64,000 nt of DNA from a virus: IMG/VR virus record IMGVR_UViG_3300025012_000043, positions 32,001 to 96,000 of that record. The stretch is one strand, 5' to 3'. Of the stretch, positions 1-10,617 are shown piece by piece. The notes beneath the pieces are model-generated. The model made no database searches and was not told the DNA's origin. It was given only the letters and a program-made list of their open reading frames with translations. The first letter of the stretch is position 1. Every line of letters starts with the position of its first letter. Both the position numbers and the translations under genes were made by a program.

Positions 1-1961
1 GGACTAAAATGCGGGACCACCCACGTATAATCTCTTATTAATCTATTAAATTCGGCCCATGCATCAATACTAGACACAAACCTGGCTGAACCATCAGCCC
101 TTTTAATACTTTGCCAATCAATGATTTTATCAAATTCGTCTTGTGATAATATGGCAGTTCTTATAGAAGTAATCAAACTTTCTTTGTATGGTGCCGTCCT
201 TAAATCTACTCCCTGTCCACTAATCTTAAATTTCTTAACTATTTCCTCTATAGTAACTGGATCCTTTGGCCGCACATGGAGATTGATCCATTCCTCGGCA
301 CTAGTATTAATTACACTAGGGTCCGCAACAACATTAAATGTTTCACTTGATATGCCATATTTAATTAAAGGATCCGGCTCAACAACATCACCCATAATAC
401 CTGGTGGTATATCAAGATTTGATGCATTGACAAATTTATTTATCTCTTCTACAGCATCCATTAATATAGGCAATTGTCTTTCATCATCTAGTGATACCAA
501 AGAAATATCTTCAATTCCAGTATAAGCCTCTCTACGAGCCTCCCTAGATCTAATTTGTGATCGTAATATAGCATCTTGAACAATATCCCCATTAGACTGC
601 TCGCCTGCTCGTATGGCAATGTCATTATAACTAATACCAATGATATCTGGTCTTACATTATGTTTAATAGGTGATAATCTAACATCAACGTCATCCAAAA
701 TATCACTAGCGATTAATCTCTTCTTAATTGACTCGGCCACTACTCCAGCTTGCATATTATCATCAGTATTCATCAATTGAATAAATTTGGGTCTTTTAGT
801 ACTACGCTGATATGATCTAACTATTGCATCACCCATATCTTCACTAGATACATATTGTGATGCTCTACTAATAAATTCTAGATCATTAATATAATAATTA
901 GATATATTACTATATCTCGCATCTATATATAATATATCAATATCATTTTTGAAGATTTGCTCTAGTACACCACTATCTTTAACTGGTGGGATATATGCTA
1001 TTGTTTTATTGCTAGGCTTGTGTTTTAATAATATGGCAAATGAATGATCATCAACTTTAATACGTTGCATAATAAAATCTTCAACTTCTTGTGTGGCGTC
1101 ACCAGACATCAGCCCAACATTGTTGGCTAATTTGAGCGCTTCACCTAATGGTAATAGTTTACCACTACGAAATTGCGTATAGATTAGCCCACTATCTTTA
1201 TCCATCCAAACATTTACTCTTGGGTTCTGTTTAATTATTTTAGTGGCTAATCTAGAATAAGCCACATCATTATTTGGCAGAACCAAATCTGTATAATTTC
1301 TACTAACTATAGTCGCACCTACTTCATCGAGTAATGTATTTAGTTGTCCTATTAAACGGCTACGTTCTTGTTGTATTTTTTGTGGTTCTGATTTTATGCC
1401 AGCATACGGATTAACACCAACTAACATTTTTGCTGGGGCGGTTATCACTTCATTAATCTGTAAAATCTTTTTATTTACATCTTTGATTTCATTTTGTAAT
1501 TTGCTAATCCTGTTAATCTCTTCAACACTCACTACTTGATTAAACCCAGCCTCAACAGAAAAAGCATGCATACTATTATTACCAACGCCAATGGAAAATC
1601 TTTGTTTACCACTATCAACAAGAATTTGGATACCATATCTATTACCTATACCACTAACACGTAATGCCTCGGTATTTGCACCATTAACAACAGGCTTCCT
1701 AACAATAAGGTCAGCTATTCTTTTATCTGTTGCGTCTATTAACGAATCGGCAGTATACCCGAGCGCGGCACGGTCTAATTGTACTACTCCCTCTTCACCA
1801 GCTATTGTCTTGTATTCAGAACGCAAATTCTCTAACTTAAGGTCTAGCTCTTGAATACGCTCTTGGGCTTCATCACTCCCGTCATTATTTACGAGTGCTA
1901 AATAGTGATCAGTATATGCCGCAACATACCTTTTTATAAACCCATTATGAGATTCTGCCAC
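1..1961 (-). CDS. Large protein downstream of portal, truncated at left window edge (possibly head morphogenesis/virion protein)
   Basis: Not in ORF track. GTG at 1961 overlaps the portal stop (TAGTG). Frame is open at both ends I translated (VAESHNGFIKRY... and ...RDYTWVVPHFS). Function inferred from position only. Confidence 0.6.
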   Translation of the reverse strand, partial: MAESHNGFIKRYVAAYTDHYLALVNNDGSDEAQERIQELDLKLENLRSEYKTIAGEEGVVQLDRAALGYTADSLIDATDKRIADLIVRKPVVNGANTEALRVSGIGNRYGIQILVDSGKQRFSIGVGNNSMHAFSVEAGFNQVVSVEEINRISKLQNEIKDVNKKILQINEVITAPAKMLVGVNPYAGIKSEPQKIQQERSRLIGQLNTLLDEVGATIVSRNYTDLVLPNNDVAYSRLATKIIKQNPRVNVWMDKDSGLIYTQFRSGKLLPLGEALKLANNVGLMSGDATQEVEDFIMQRIKVDDHSFAILLKHKPSNKTIAYIPPVKDSGVLEQIFKNDIDILYIDARYSNISNYYINDLEFISRASQYVSSEDMGDAIVRSYQRSTKRPKFIQLMNTDDNMQAGVVAESIKKRLIASDILDDVDVRLSPIKHNVRPDIIGISYNDIAIRAGEQSNGDIVQDAILRSQIRSREARREAYTGIEDISLVSLDDERQLPILMDAVEEINKFVNASNLDIPPGIMGDVVEPDPLIKYGISSETFNVVADPSVINTSAEEWINLHVRPKDPVTIEEIVKKFKISGQGVDLRTAPYKESLITSIRTAILSQDEFDKIIDWQSIKRADGSARFVSSIDAWAEFNRLIRDYTWVVPHFS

Positions 1962-3997
1962 TAATCATCCTCCGATAAAAATGCCTCAACTAGCTTATGT
2001 GACATCATTAGACGAGATTCTGTAACTGGTGCACGCTTTTTGGCCCTACTTGGTCTATTTAATATATCACTCAATACCATCTGTATATTACCAGCCTCAT
2101 TATTCTGTCCAGTTGGGGTTGGCATCCCTGGCATAATACCAGCACCAGGCCCAGCGCCAATATCATCTTGAGTAGGAGCCCCAGGCATAGGATTGACCCC
2201 ACCACCCAAGGCTGGATTATTAGCCAAACTAGCCTGTTGCTGCTCCATTTGCTTCATGGCTTCAGCGGTTTCTTGGGCTACTAGCTCTTTCTCCTTCTCA
2301 TAATCAAATCCAGCAAGTTTAGCCAATGTACGCTTAGATACTATCTTCATAGCATCAAATGCCTGGAATGCCATTGCCATATCACCAAGATTTTCCGTAT
2401 CAATCCTTGGGAAATGAATTTCAACTAAATCTACTGCATCTACTTCCTCACTCATCGTAATTACGACATAATCATTCATCATACCTTCTGCCTTAGCTGG
2501 GTCACCTCCATCAATGGGCATTTCGGGGGTCGGTGGCACACCAGGCATTGGGCGTCTACCGGCTGGCATACTGGTAATGTCATTACCAGGGATTGCCGCA
2601 GCTTCCATCACATTCTTTAAATATTCTTTAACGACCTTTGTAGTCCGCTTATTAACTATCGCCATCGTATTCGTATCGTATAATTCCCCCTCTTGCGTTA
2701 ATGCTAACGATGAAATATTAAGTCTCTTTGCGACTTTAAAACTATCAGGTAATTCACCATGCTCAGTTGCTGCCCACACTACTACCCACATAATACCATA
2801 TTTAAGCGCAAACTCCCACAATTCTTGCTGAAATTCCATGGAACGCAAAAATGGGAATTTTGTCCTGCCAGAATTCTGATAGTTAGATTTCCCCCCAGTA
2901 TCCCCAAGAATATCCGGTGGTAACATAGACCCAGTAGCAGACATGTTTTTAATTTCCGACAAATCAGATTGAACATCGGACCCCTGTATATTTGGGGTCA
3001 TAAAAGCGTACACCATATCATCACCATGGACAACAGTTGTATTTGGCCGTGGCGGTGACTTATGCTTTTTGGCTTCTTCCTGTATTTGTACTTTATTGGC
3101 CCCCTTCATGGTTATATCAAGGAAAAATGTAGACCTTGCTTTATTAATACCAGTACGCATCCTAAGAATATCTTTATATTCACGCAACCATGGTAAATGA
3201 TTTGTAAGTGTGGATAATCCTCTCCTACGATTGGTAAGAAGACTATTTTTAAAATGAAATACAAATACATCAATATTTTTTTCATCCATGCCAGCAATTT
3301 CAGCATTATCTGGCAATTTTACTTCTTTCTCTAACTGTGGATGCTGAATACAATCAATACTCTTATACCATATATCTTTCATTTCACTATTAATACTCAC
3401 ACCCTTGGCACCAGTTGCCTTAACATACTGGCGTCTGAAATAAACTGGTACGGCAACATCATCTGGATCAAATAAAATTTCCACAATTTCCTGAGGCTCA
3501 ATGTCTCGTAATGTAACCTTACCACTCTGTTTATCAACAAACAGCGCAAAGAATACTTCGCCATCAATATTATATCTATTGATATACATAGGGAAATGAT
3601 AAGGTATTTTATTGCGAGTTGATGTCCAAAATTCATCAATCACCTTTTGAATTTCTGGGATCTGCGATGTCACCCTTAGTCCCTTACCAGCCACAAATAC
3701 GGTCTTATAAAAAATCTCGCGAGCAGCAATTGGATTGGTCATTACGGCTGACCAAGCCATCTTACTTAATTCTTTGTGTGTATCAGATGTAAAGTCTCTT
3801 ATGGAATCATTGGAAGTGCCAATACTACGCCATCCAGCGTTCTCAGATTCCAATTCATTTAACATGCTAATCATAGTAGACTCATACAACTCTTTAGCCG
3901 CACCAACTGTGCGTTCTAAATGATCAACTGCTATCTCGGTATCTAATAATGACTCTTCTAGCTTTGTAACCCCAAACATTCTATTAAATATACCCAT
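1961..3997 (-). CDS. Phage portal protein
   Basis: 678 aa, follows terL. Portal-like segments (NPIAAR..., DGEVF, RRRGLS-L, LGD...SNY, ISKRT...GFDYEKE) and Pro/Gly/Met-rich disordered insert and tail. Confidence 0.8.
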   Translation of the reverse strand: MGIFNRMFGVTKLEESLLDTEIAVDHLERTVGAAKELYESTMISMLNELESENAGWRSIGTSNDSIRDFTSDTHKELSKMAWSAVMTNPIAAREIFYKTVFVAGKGLRVTSQIPEIQKVIDEFWTSTRNKIPYHFPMYINRYNIDGEVFFALFVDKQSGKVTLRDIEPQEIVEILFDPDDVAVPVYFRRQYVKATGAKGVSINSEMKDIWYKSIDCIQHPQLEKEVKLPDNAEIAGMDEKNIDVFVFHFKNSLLTNRRRGLSTLTNHLPWLREYKDILRMRTGINKARSTFFLDITMKGANKVQIQEEAKKHKSPPRPNTTVVHGDDMVYAFMTPNIQGSDVQSDLSEIKNMSATGSMLPPDILGDTGGKSNYQNSGRTKFPFLRSMEFQQELWEFALKYGIMWVVVWAATEHGELPDSFKVAKRLNISSLALTQEGELYDTNTMAIVNKRTTKVVKEYLKNVMEAAAIPGNDITSMPAGRRPMPGVPPTPEMPIDGGDPAKAEGMMNDYVVITMSEEVDAVDLVEIHFPRIDTENLGDMAMAFQAFDAMKIVSKRTLAKLAGFDYEKEKELVAQETAEAMKQMEQQQASLANNPALGGGVNPMPGAPTQDDIGAGPGAGIMPGMPTPTGQNNEAGNIQMVLSDILNRPSRAKKRAPVTESRLMMSHKLVEAFLSEDD

Positions 3998-4008
3998 TTA
4001 ATTACCCC

Positions 4009-4290
4009 TTAGACCGAAATATGACTATCAATATAGCATTTTCTATGATACTTTTGCGTCTCCCATTGATGATCTGGTGTATGAACATCACGTTGAATAA
4101 CTTTATTACAGTGTTGGCACATTTTAGTATCTGCAACACGTGCAGTATAAATAGCAGCATTCTTACGGCCACGGTTACGACGCATAATCCTTGCGCGTTT
4201 ACATCGACGGCCACAATAAACGGCGTTTTCATATACTGGGAAAAATGGCTTACTACAATTCTCATTAGCACAGATACGTTCTTCAGACAT
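4009..4290 (-). CDS. Small Zn-finger protein
   Basis: CANENC..F...YCGRRC and CQHC...HRKC motifs. Confidence 0.6.
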   Translation of the reverse strand: MSEERICANENCSKPFFPVYENAVYCGRRCKRARIMRRNRGRKNAAIYTARVADTKMCQHCNKVIQRDVHTPDHQWETQKYHRKCYIDSHISV

Positions 4291-5074
4291 TAGATTTCTC
4301 CTTTTCTTTATTATATCTAATTTCTTTACGTCGAACTACTTCTTTACGTATATTATGATTCCAGCATAGATCCTGAAAACCAGGCGGGTAATTATTTTCA
4401 ATAATCCAAAGATACACACTTTTCTTTAGTTTCTTTCTATGTTCCGCACCATCATCATTAATGTGGTCTAAGGTTAGCATATCTAAATCCATAACCAAAC
4501 AATCTGGATATGCACATTGAGGATGATCAAATAACGAATAATGAGTTAAAATATCTATTTTAATCTTACGTTTACATTTGTCTTTTAATGCTTTTTTAAG
4601 ATTATGATTCCAACACAAATCCTGGAACCCTAATGGGTAATCATTTTCAATAATCCACTCATAAAGATGTCTACCAATTTTCTCTCTGTGTTTATTGCCC
4701 CCACCATTAATATGATCTAATGTAAGCATATCAAGGTCGGTTATACCACATCCTGAGACAGCACATATTGGATACTCACATATAGAATAATGAGCCAAGA
4801 CTAAAAGTTTGCGATTTTGCCGTTTTATACGTGATTTTTGCGAACGTGTCTTCTTATTTTTTGTATGTCTTATTCGATCACGTATTTTATTTTTTTCTTT
4901 GTCTCTTATACGTCTATTCTTTTCATATTTTAAAACTTCTTCAATATTTTCTTGCCGTCGCTGTTTACGAATAGCCAATATTTTAATAGCATGTTTGTGA
5001 TATGATTTCCTATTCCATTCATTAACTTTGTCTGGGTTCGCTTCTCGCCATTTACGATTTGCTGGTGTTATCAA
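4283..5074 (-). CDS. HNH endonuclease with two tandem HNH domains
   Basis: Twice: C...C..DLDMLTLDHIN.GG/DG..HR...YP.GFQDLCWNHN; basic N-terminus. Confidence 0.8.
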   Translation of the reverse strand: MITPANRKWREANPDKVNEWNRKSYHKHAIKILAIRKQRRQENIEEVLKYEKNRRIRDKEKNKIRDRIRHTKNKKTRSQKSRIKRQNRKLLVLAHYSICEYPICAVSGCGITDLDMLTLDHINGGGNKHREKIGRHLYEWIIENDYPLGFQDLCWNHNLKKALKDKCKRKIKIDILTHYSLFDHPQCAYPDCLVMDLDMLTLDHINDDGAEHRKKLKKSVYLWIIENNYPPGFQDLCWNHNIRKEVVRRKEIRYNKEKEKSNV

Positions 5075-6855
5075 AAGTCAGCCATCCCCCATCGGTCGTA
5101 ATAACTTTTGTTTGTGGCTTCTTCATCCTCAGAGTAATATGCTGAAGCCGTCCCGAATGAAGCACTATTTATCATCGCACAAAGTAATGAATCAGGCCCG
5201 TGATCATTTTTCTTCAAGATGTTCCCATTTACATCTCTTCGCCAATTCTTAAGATCTTTGGCTAAAGTAGCCTTATACCTTTCTGGGATTCTTACCTGCC
5301 TACGTTCAAACTTCATACGCATGGCCCCGACACCCGCTTCTTTTTGTGTGGTAAAATTAATCGGACTGACCGATAATCCAAATTCTCTTTGTATGTGCAT
5401 GTTCTGAAATACATGTGAACTGTCTGGTAATACTTGTAATATATCATATCTCTTGGCAAGTTCGGCGACCAATTGATAACAATCAGTATCTGATGGTGAT
5501 GTCAATGAGTGATATGAAATGATATTAACATATTCATCTGCCATATATTGAGCAACCGTCATAGCTGTAGTACCAGCAGCCCCCCAGTCAATACCAAGTA
5601 CTGTTGCACCAAATCCTTTTTTATATTGAACATCCCTATCTGGACATATAGACATATCAACTTCATATGGATCTAAAACGAAAATGCCACGTCCGGGACG
5701 CCATCCCATATACTCAACTTCAAACGTAACTTTATCATTACGTCTCCATGCCTTACGTACCTCTTCAACTGGGAAATGCCCCCTACTAAGTCTAGCTTTA
5801 TGTTCAACTTTGTGTCCACATTTATCACATATCTTGCCTAAATCACCAGGCTGTCTCATTTTTACCTTGATGGCTGCACAACCATCTTTATACTTACATT
5901 CTGAGCATAATTCGGGGTAAATACACCCAGACGGCTTCTGGTCCAACCTAGTCTCATCTAATCTTTCTTGATAAGTAAACCGTGTCCATTTAGGCAAATC
6001 ATCTCTTGGTATATCAAAATTAAAATAGCAACCACACACCAGTTGACAATAAAGCTCATCAAATTCTGGTACGCATTTTGCACATTCACCTGTACATTCC
6101 TCACATACATCAAACGAATCCATTGCAATTTTCATGAAGCCACGGGCTTCAGCGTTGTCCCAGAAATCCTGAAAATCACCAAAAGCATGGTGAAATGTTG
6201 AGATGATCAAGTTAAATGGCGGCCTAGCCTCCTTGGTCATTGGCAATGCTTGTTTCATAAGCCCATCCGCCATTTCTGCGGCTTCGTCCAAGACCAATAA
6301 TCCCGGAGCTTTACGTAATGCTCCTAAATGGGGACCTCTCACGGCTTTTGCAGAACTAGCGACACAGCGTAAAAATGGTGTCGGTGCTGGTCCCTTTTTA
6401 TTAGTCATAGATAGTGTACGTTTATCAACAACACTGGCTACCTTTATGTCTGCATCAATATATGAACACACATACCCATAAACAATTAAAGCTTGGTCTT
6501 CTGATCCACCACATGAAAGGGCGTCAGCATCAAGAAAATACCACAATGCAAATTCAATCATTGATGCAAATAATGATTTACCGCCTCCACGAGCAGCGCA
6601 CATAATAATATCAAGACCATTTGCACGTGAACCCGTGTCAACACTTTCTCTTGCCATATGATATATCTTATTAAATACCCATTTTAAAATAGGCGGCAAT
6701 ACAAATCCATGAAACTCTTTAAAATATTCTAATGGATCATTCCTATATTTTGCACGTACGTCTGAATCAACATACGCAGTAAAATCATTAGCCAAATCAT
6801 CTAATGAAGTATATAGCCCTTTATTAGTACTATTATCTTCCAATATACCCACCAT
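5071..6855 (-). CDS. terL: Terminase large subunit with Cys-rich insertion
   Basis: Walker A AARGGGKS, Walker B LVLDEAAE, motif III ISTF, nuclease GIDWG and DHGPDS; upstream of portal. Confidence 0.9.
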   Translation of the reverse strand: MVGILEDNSTNKGLYTSLDDLANDFTAYVDSDVRAKYRNDPLEYFKEFHGFVLPPILKWVFNKIYHMARESVDTGSRANGLDIIMCAARGGGKSLFASMIEFALWYFLDADALSCGGSEDQALIVYGYVCSYIDADIKVASVVDKRTLSMTNKKGPAPTPFLRCVASSAKAVRGPHLGALRKAPGLLVLDEAAEMADGLMKQALPMTKEARPPFNLIISTFHHAFGDFQDFWDNAEARGFMKIAMDSFDVCEECTGECAKCVPEFDELYCQLVCGCYFNFDIPRDDLPKWTRFTYQERLDETRLDQKPSGCIYPELCSECKYKDGCAAIKVKMRQPGDLGKICDKCGHKVEHKARLSRGHFPVEEVRKAWRRNDKVTFEVEYMGWRPGRGIFVLDPYEVDMSICPDRDVQYKKGFGATVLGIDWGAAGTTAMTVAQYMADEYVNIISYHSLTSPSDTDCYQLVAELAKRYDILQVLPDSSHVFQNMHIQREFGLSVSPINFTTQKEAGVGAMRMKFERRQVRIPERYKATLAKDLKNWRRDVNGNILKKNDHGPDSLLCAMINSASFGTASAYYSEDEEATNKSYYDRWGMADF

Positions 6856-7318
6856 AGCTAAAATAATATTGTTTGTGATACTCTTTACACTTATCAGTCT
6901 TTCTATATTTTTCCGCCTGTTCCTTCATACAGATTCTACATTTCCTTCCACCGCTTGGGCGAATATAAGTATTTTCTTTAATAAATTTGTGTCCATTAAT
7001 ACAACAGATCTTGGCATTATTTATAGCCGCACGACCATTATTGTTCTCGATAGAATTTATTTGTGGCGTAACCTCTCTCAAATGATCAGGACGAACACAT
7101 GCGCGGTTTCTACACATATGATCCAATAAATACCCAAGCTTAATCTTTCTATTGTGGAAATACTCAAATGAAACTCTATGAGCCGGGTATTGTTTACCAT
7201 CAATTTTAAATTGGCCATAGCCACTACTATCTTTGCAAGCACCCCAATCCCAGCACCCAGTGGGACTACTGGATTCTATATCTATTTTATTAAAGAACCT
7301 TTTTTCTAAATCAATCAT
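6833..7318 (-). CDS. HNH (HNH_3-type) homing endonuclease
   Basis: CWDW..GYGQF..AHRVSF..DHMCRNRACVRPDHL and C-terminal CINGH...CRIC. Start moved to ATG 7318 to avoid overlap with the upstream gene. Confidence 0.9.
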   Translation of the reverse strand: MIDLEKRFFNKIDIESSSPTGCWDWGACKDSSGYGQFKIDGKQYPAHRVSFEYFHNRKIKLGYLLDHMCRNRACVRPDHLREVTPQINSIENNNGRAAINNAKICCINGHKFIKENTYIRPSGGRKCRICMKEQAEKYRKTDKCKEYHKQYYFSYGGYIGR

Positions 7319-7322
7319 ATTA

Positions 7323-7862
7323 TTATTTGTTCCTATATTCGAAAAGCCCGCATACCCCAGCCATTGTAACAAATTTAAACCCTAATTCCCTTTCTACCTC
7401 TTCCTTTGTCCAATGATACAAATGTGCTTCATATTTATTACCCCATTTATTATTTGACCCTTGCTCAAACTTTTGCATGGGTAATGATATAATGATCCAA
7501 TTATAGATACTTACTAACCTATCAACTACTCGTATACAATCACTCTTTTGTAAATGTTCTAATACATCTCCCGCTATAACCAGATCTGCTATGGCATATT
7601 TATAATCAAAATATCTAATATCACCAATATAAATATCTTCATAACAGGCAAGATTCTGTTTAAATGTAGTTAAATATGGTGCCCAAATTTCAACGCCATA
7701 TATTTTGCAATTTGGTGCTATCTGCTTAAACATAGTACCATATCCACCAGCACCAACCCCAAGATCAAGAATTACATCTGGTATACCAATCCCTTTTACA
7801 TAATTCACTAATGCTTCTCTTGCTGCTGGATCACTAGATGGCACAGAAACCTCCCCTATCAA
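7323..7862 (-). CDS. Class I SAM-dependent methyltransferase
   Basis: ILDLGVGAGGYG motif I, GVEIW, DLVIAGDVLEHL. Confidence 0.85.
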   Translation of the reverse strand: MIGEVSVPSSDPAAREALVNYVKGIGIPDVILDLGVGAGGYGTMFKQIAPNCKIYGVEIWAPYLTTFKQNLACYEDIYIGDIRYFDYKYAIADLVIAGDVLEHLQKSDCIRVVDRLVSIYNWIIISLPMQKFEQGSNNKWGNKYEAHLYHWTKEEVERELGFKFVTMAGVCGLFEYRNK

Positions 7863-7878
7863 TAATTAGTACTTCCAA

Positions 7879-8643
7879 TTACTCGAAGGCATGTTCTACC
7901 TCATGATAAAATGATATATTTTTAAACCTCTCACTAATCGGGATCACATGTGGTCTCTCTTGAGTTCTCATAGACCACCTAATAACTTCGTCAGTTTTAC
8001 CATAATGTGGATTACCTGGCACTGCGGCATACTTTCTATATTTTGTGAGTAACAAATCAATACTCTTTAATGATTCAAAATGAATGGCCCACACATTATT
8101 ATGTAATCGCTGCCATGAGTACTTAAAATGTGCCCCAAAAATTACGTCGTTATTATAATAAAAATCCTCCAACCCAAGATGTGATTTCTTAAATCTAATC
8201 TCTGGTATGTTTCTAAATAGTCCTATTAATGGGTCTGGCCCTGTGTTATAGATATGATATATATCACTCGCCAAATGAAACTTGGGGAATGAATATATTA
8301 AATATCTATCTGTTTTCACTAATTGATTGATATCTTTAAAAAGGCAATCACACGCCAACGCATCTGAATCAGTCCAATAAATCCAATTGAATTGTGATTT
8401 CTCTATAGCAAAGTTCCGTTGAGCCCAAAATCCAGGCCAGGGATTATGAAATATCTTAAATCTTTCATCCTTTTCTGAATTTATGATATCTAATGTCGAA
8501 TCAGTACTACCACCATCAACGATAATTAACTCGGTCGGTCCTTCAATTGAATTCATTAATTTTTTCAACCAACGTACGGTCTGACCGATCATTTGTTCTT
8601 CATTCTGACAAATCAGGTTTAGTGATATGCTATTATTAGTCAT
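7879..8643 (-). CDS. Glycosyltransferase family 2
   Basis: ICQNEE, IIVDGGSTDST, QRNFAI, DxD (WTDSD). Confidence 0.9.
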   Translation of the reverse strand: MTNNSISLNLICQNEEQMIGQTVRWLKKLMNSIEGPTELIIVDGGSTDSTLDIINSEKDERFKIFHNPWPGFWAQRNFAIEKSQFNWIYWTDSDALACDCLFKDINQLVKTDRYLIYSFPKFHLASDIYHIYNTGPDPLIGLFRNIPEIRFKKSHLGLEDFYYNNDVIFGAHFKYSWQRLHNNVWAIHFESLKSIDLLLTKYRKYAAVPGNPHYGKTDEVIRWSMRTQERPHVIPISERFKNISFYHEVEHAFE

Positions 8644-9248
8644 ATTTTATACTCAAACCTATGACAATGAAACCCCTCTGCATACACATCATCTCCAGAA
8701 AGAAACGTACCCATATATCTATTTTGTGCTATTATACGACCAATAGATATACGATTAGTATTAACCTGTGATTTAAATATTTTCAATAAAAGTTCTTTTC
8801 TATTTTTATTAATACGGCTAAAAATATTTGGCACAAAATTATAACTTGACCCACTATGATATGAAAATAATATACGATCCTTCTTTCTGGATACTGAAAG
8901 CCCAACACGTGCAGCTCTTATATGATCTTGGTGCGTATCAAACTCATATGGCGCATATATAATCATTGGCGATAATATGTCTATCTGCCCAACCATTTCA
9001 TCAATAGTATACATCTTTGTAAAATATCTTATATGAATCTTATTACCACCCAATTTTGATAACACCATATCTTGTTCATGCATTCTAGTACTGGGGACTC
9101 CACCAAATTGATCATCAGAATTGGTAATAATACAATTAATATGGATATCTTTCTTATCACAATAGTTAATTAATACTCCACCACATCCTGCTTCAATGTC
9201 ATCAATATGCGCCCCAATAAAACATACTCTGTCCATTAGAAATTCCAA
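8640..9248 (-). CDS. PIG-L/LmbE family N-acetylsugar deacetylase
   Basis: AHIDDIEAGCGG, DTHQDH, FKSQ, YAEGF motifs. Confidence 0.85.
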   Translation of the reverse strand: MEFLMDRVCFIGAHIDDIEAGCGGVLINYCDKKDIHINCIITNSDDQFGGVPSTRMHEQDMVLSKLGGNKIHIRYFTKMYTIDEMVGQIDILSPMIIYAPYEFDTHQDHIRAARVGLSVSRKKDRILFSYHSGSSYNFVPNIFSRINKNRKELLLKIFKSQVNTNRISIGRIIAQNRYMGTFLSGDDVYAEGFHCHRFEYKI

Positions 9249-9970
9249 TTAGGCGTATATGGGGCCTTTAGCTTGGCGGGTATACCAGCATAAACACCTG
9301 GTTCAGTAATGTCCTTAGTAACACAAGCCGCCATGCCAACGATGACATTATCACAAATAGATATGCCATTTCGGATAACCGCCCCAAGACCAATCCAACA
9401 GTTTTTACCAATCTCAGCCGACCCTCCAATAATGGCTCCCGTAGCAATCACTGTGTCTTGATCAATAAGACTATTATGTCCAATAGTACATCGTCCATCT
9501 ATTTTTACACCCATTGCAATAGTTGTAGAATCAAGTACTCCTCGCTCGACTAAAGTAAGTGCACCAACTTCAACACCTTCACCAAAGAAAACATTACCCA
9601 TGTGTTTAATTTGTACTTTACCACCCTTAGGCGAAATAGCAACATTGACACCTTCACTAATTACTGCCGTAGGATGGATAATAACATTTCTCATATATTC
9701 ATCTGGGGCTGGCTGACGGCCATAGTTAATTTTATTATGGATAATTGTAAATTCGTAATCAACATATTTTGTTGGATATAATTGAATATTTTCTGGTAAT
9801 ACTGGGAATTTAGATATATTAATATCATCAGCAATAATAACCAAAAGAGGGTTATTAAAAGAACGAACTCTGTCTAAATATTCTACCTTACGCGCAAAAG
9901 TAATACTATTAGGCTTAGGATTAAAAATTGAACATGTACGACTAAATTTTTGTGTGTTATACGCAATCAT
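9236..9970 (-). CDS. Hexapeptide-repeat (LpxD-like) acyltransferase
   Basis: IHPTAVI, HMGNV, KIDGRCTIGHN, IGKNCWIG, GMAACVTKDI, YAGIPAK left-handed beta-helix repeats. Confidence 0.85.
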   Translation of the reverse strand: MIAYNTQKFSRTCSIFNPKPNSITFARKVEYLDRVRSFNNPLLVIIADDINISKFPVLPENIQLYPTKYVDYEFTIIHNKINYGRQPAPDEYMRNVIIHPTAVISEGVNVAISPKGGKVQIKHMGNVFFGEGVEVGALTLVERGVLDSTTIAMGVKIDGRCTIGHNSLIDQDTVIATGAIIGGSAEIGKNCWIGLGAVIRNGISICDNVIVGMAACVTKDITEPGVYAGIPAKLKAPYTPNWNF

Positions 9971-10536
9971 TTATTGCCTCCTATGGGAACGGCGTTTATT
10001 AATTCTTGCTCAACAACATTGATTGGCCTAGTATCCTCTACAATTATCTTCATTCGTCCAGACTGTAAAGCCCTCTTAAGCCCATCTAAACATTTCGGGC
10101 ACCCAGATACCACGCCTTTTACTATGTTAATAAATTGATTTTGGGTTGATTGGGCTAATTGTAGCCTAGTAATCGCATCCTTATCACTACCAAGTAGCTG
10201 TAATATCTGGCTACGTTGTGACTCAACTTCTGTGATTAATTTTAATAATTTGGATTTAGAATTAGTATTATCAACTGGAGTATTCTGATATAAAATCCAA
10301 GTTTCCTTTTTAACCAAATCAAGATTGTCTAGTGCGGCTAGGACATGATCGAGTTTTTTGTCTAATATGTCAGGATTATCTTGGATTTTTCTATCCAAGA
10401 TAATCTTATATTCAGCGATCACGTCGATAACGTCGCTAATATCTAACTTCATATCACGAGCTATTACGTAAGATGGTTGGAGTTTTAGTGCCCTATCCCA
10501 AATCTCGTCTTTGACTTCAATAGAAATAATAGGCAT
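9967..10536 (-). CDS. Putative terminase small subunit / HTH protein
   Basis: N-terminal HTH-like segment (YVIARDMKLDISDV) then helical oligomerisation region; first gene after an intergenic gap at the head of the packaging operon. Confidence 0.4.
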   Translation of the reverse strand: MPIISIEVKDEIWDRALKLQPSYVIARDMKLDISDVIDVIAEYKIILDRKIQDNPDILDKKLDHVLAALDNLDLVKKETWILYQNTPVDNTNSKSKLLKLITEVESQRSQILQLLGSDKDAITRLQLAQSTQNQFINIVKGVVSGCPKCLDGLKRALQSGRMKIIVEDTRPINVVEQELINAVPIGGNK

Positions 10537-10579
10537 TAGTTACCTCAAAATTTATGTTTAATTCCTGTGTCTTCAAAGA

Positions 10580-10610
10580 AAATAATATTCTATTATACAT
10601 ACGTAAATTG
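10580..10610 (-). promoter_or_regulatory. Candidate promoter for packaging operon
   Basis: Minus-strand TATGTATAAT in the 80-bp gap; GAGGT Shine-Dalgarno before ATG 10536. Confidence 0.35.
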
Positions 10611-10617
10611 AATTACC

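Noticed and set aside
5812-6105. Intein in terL
   Set aside because: No Hint blocks and no terminal HN followed by C/S/T
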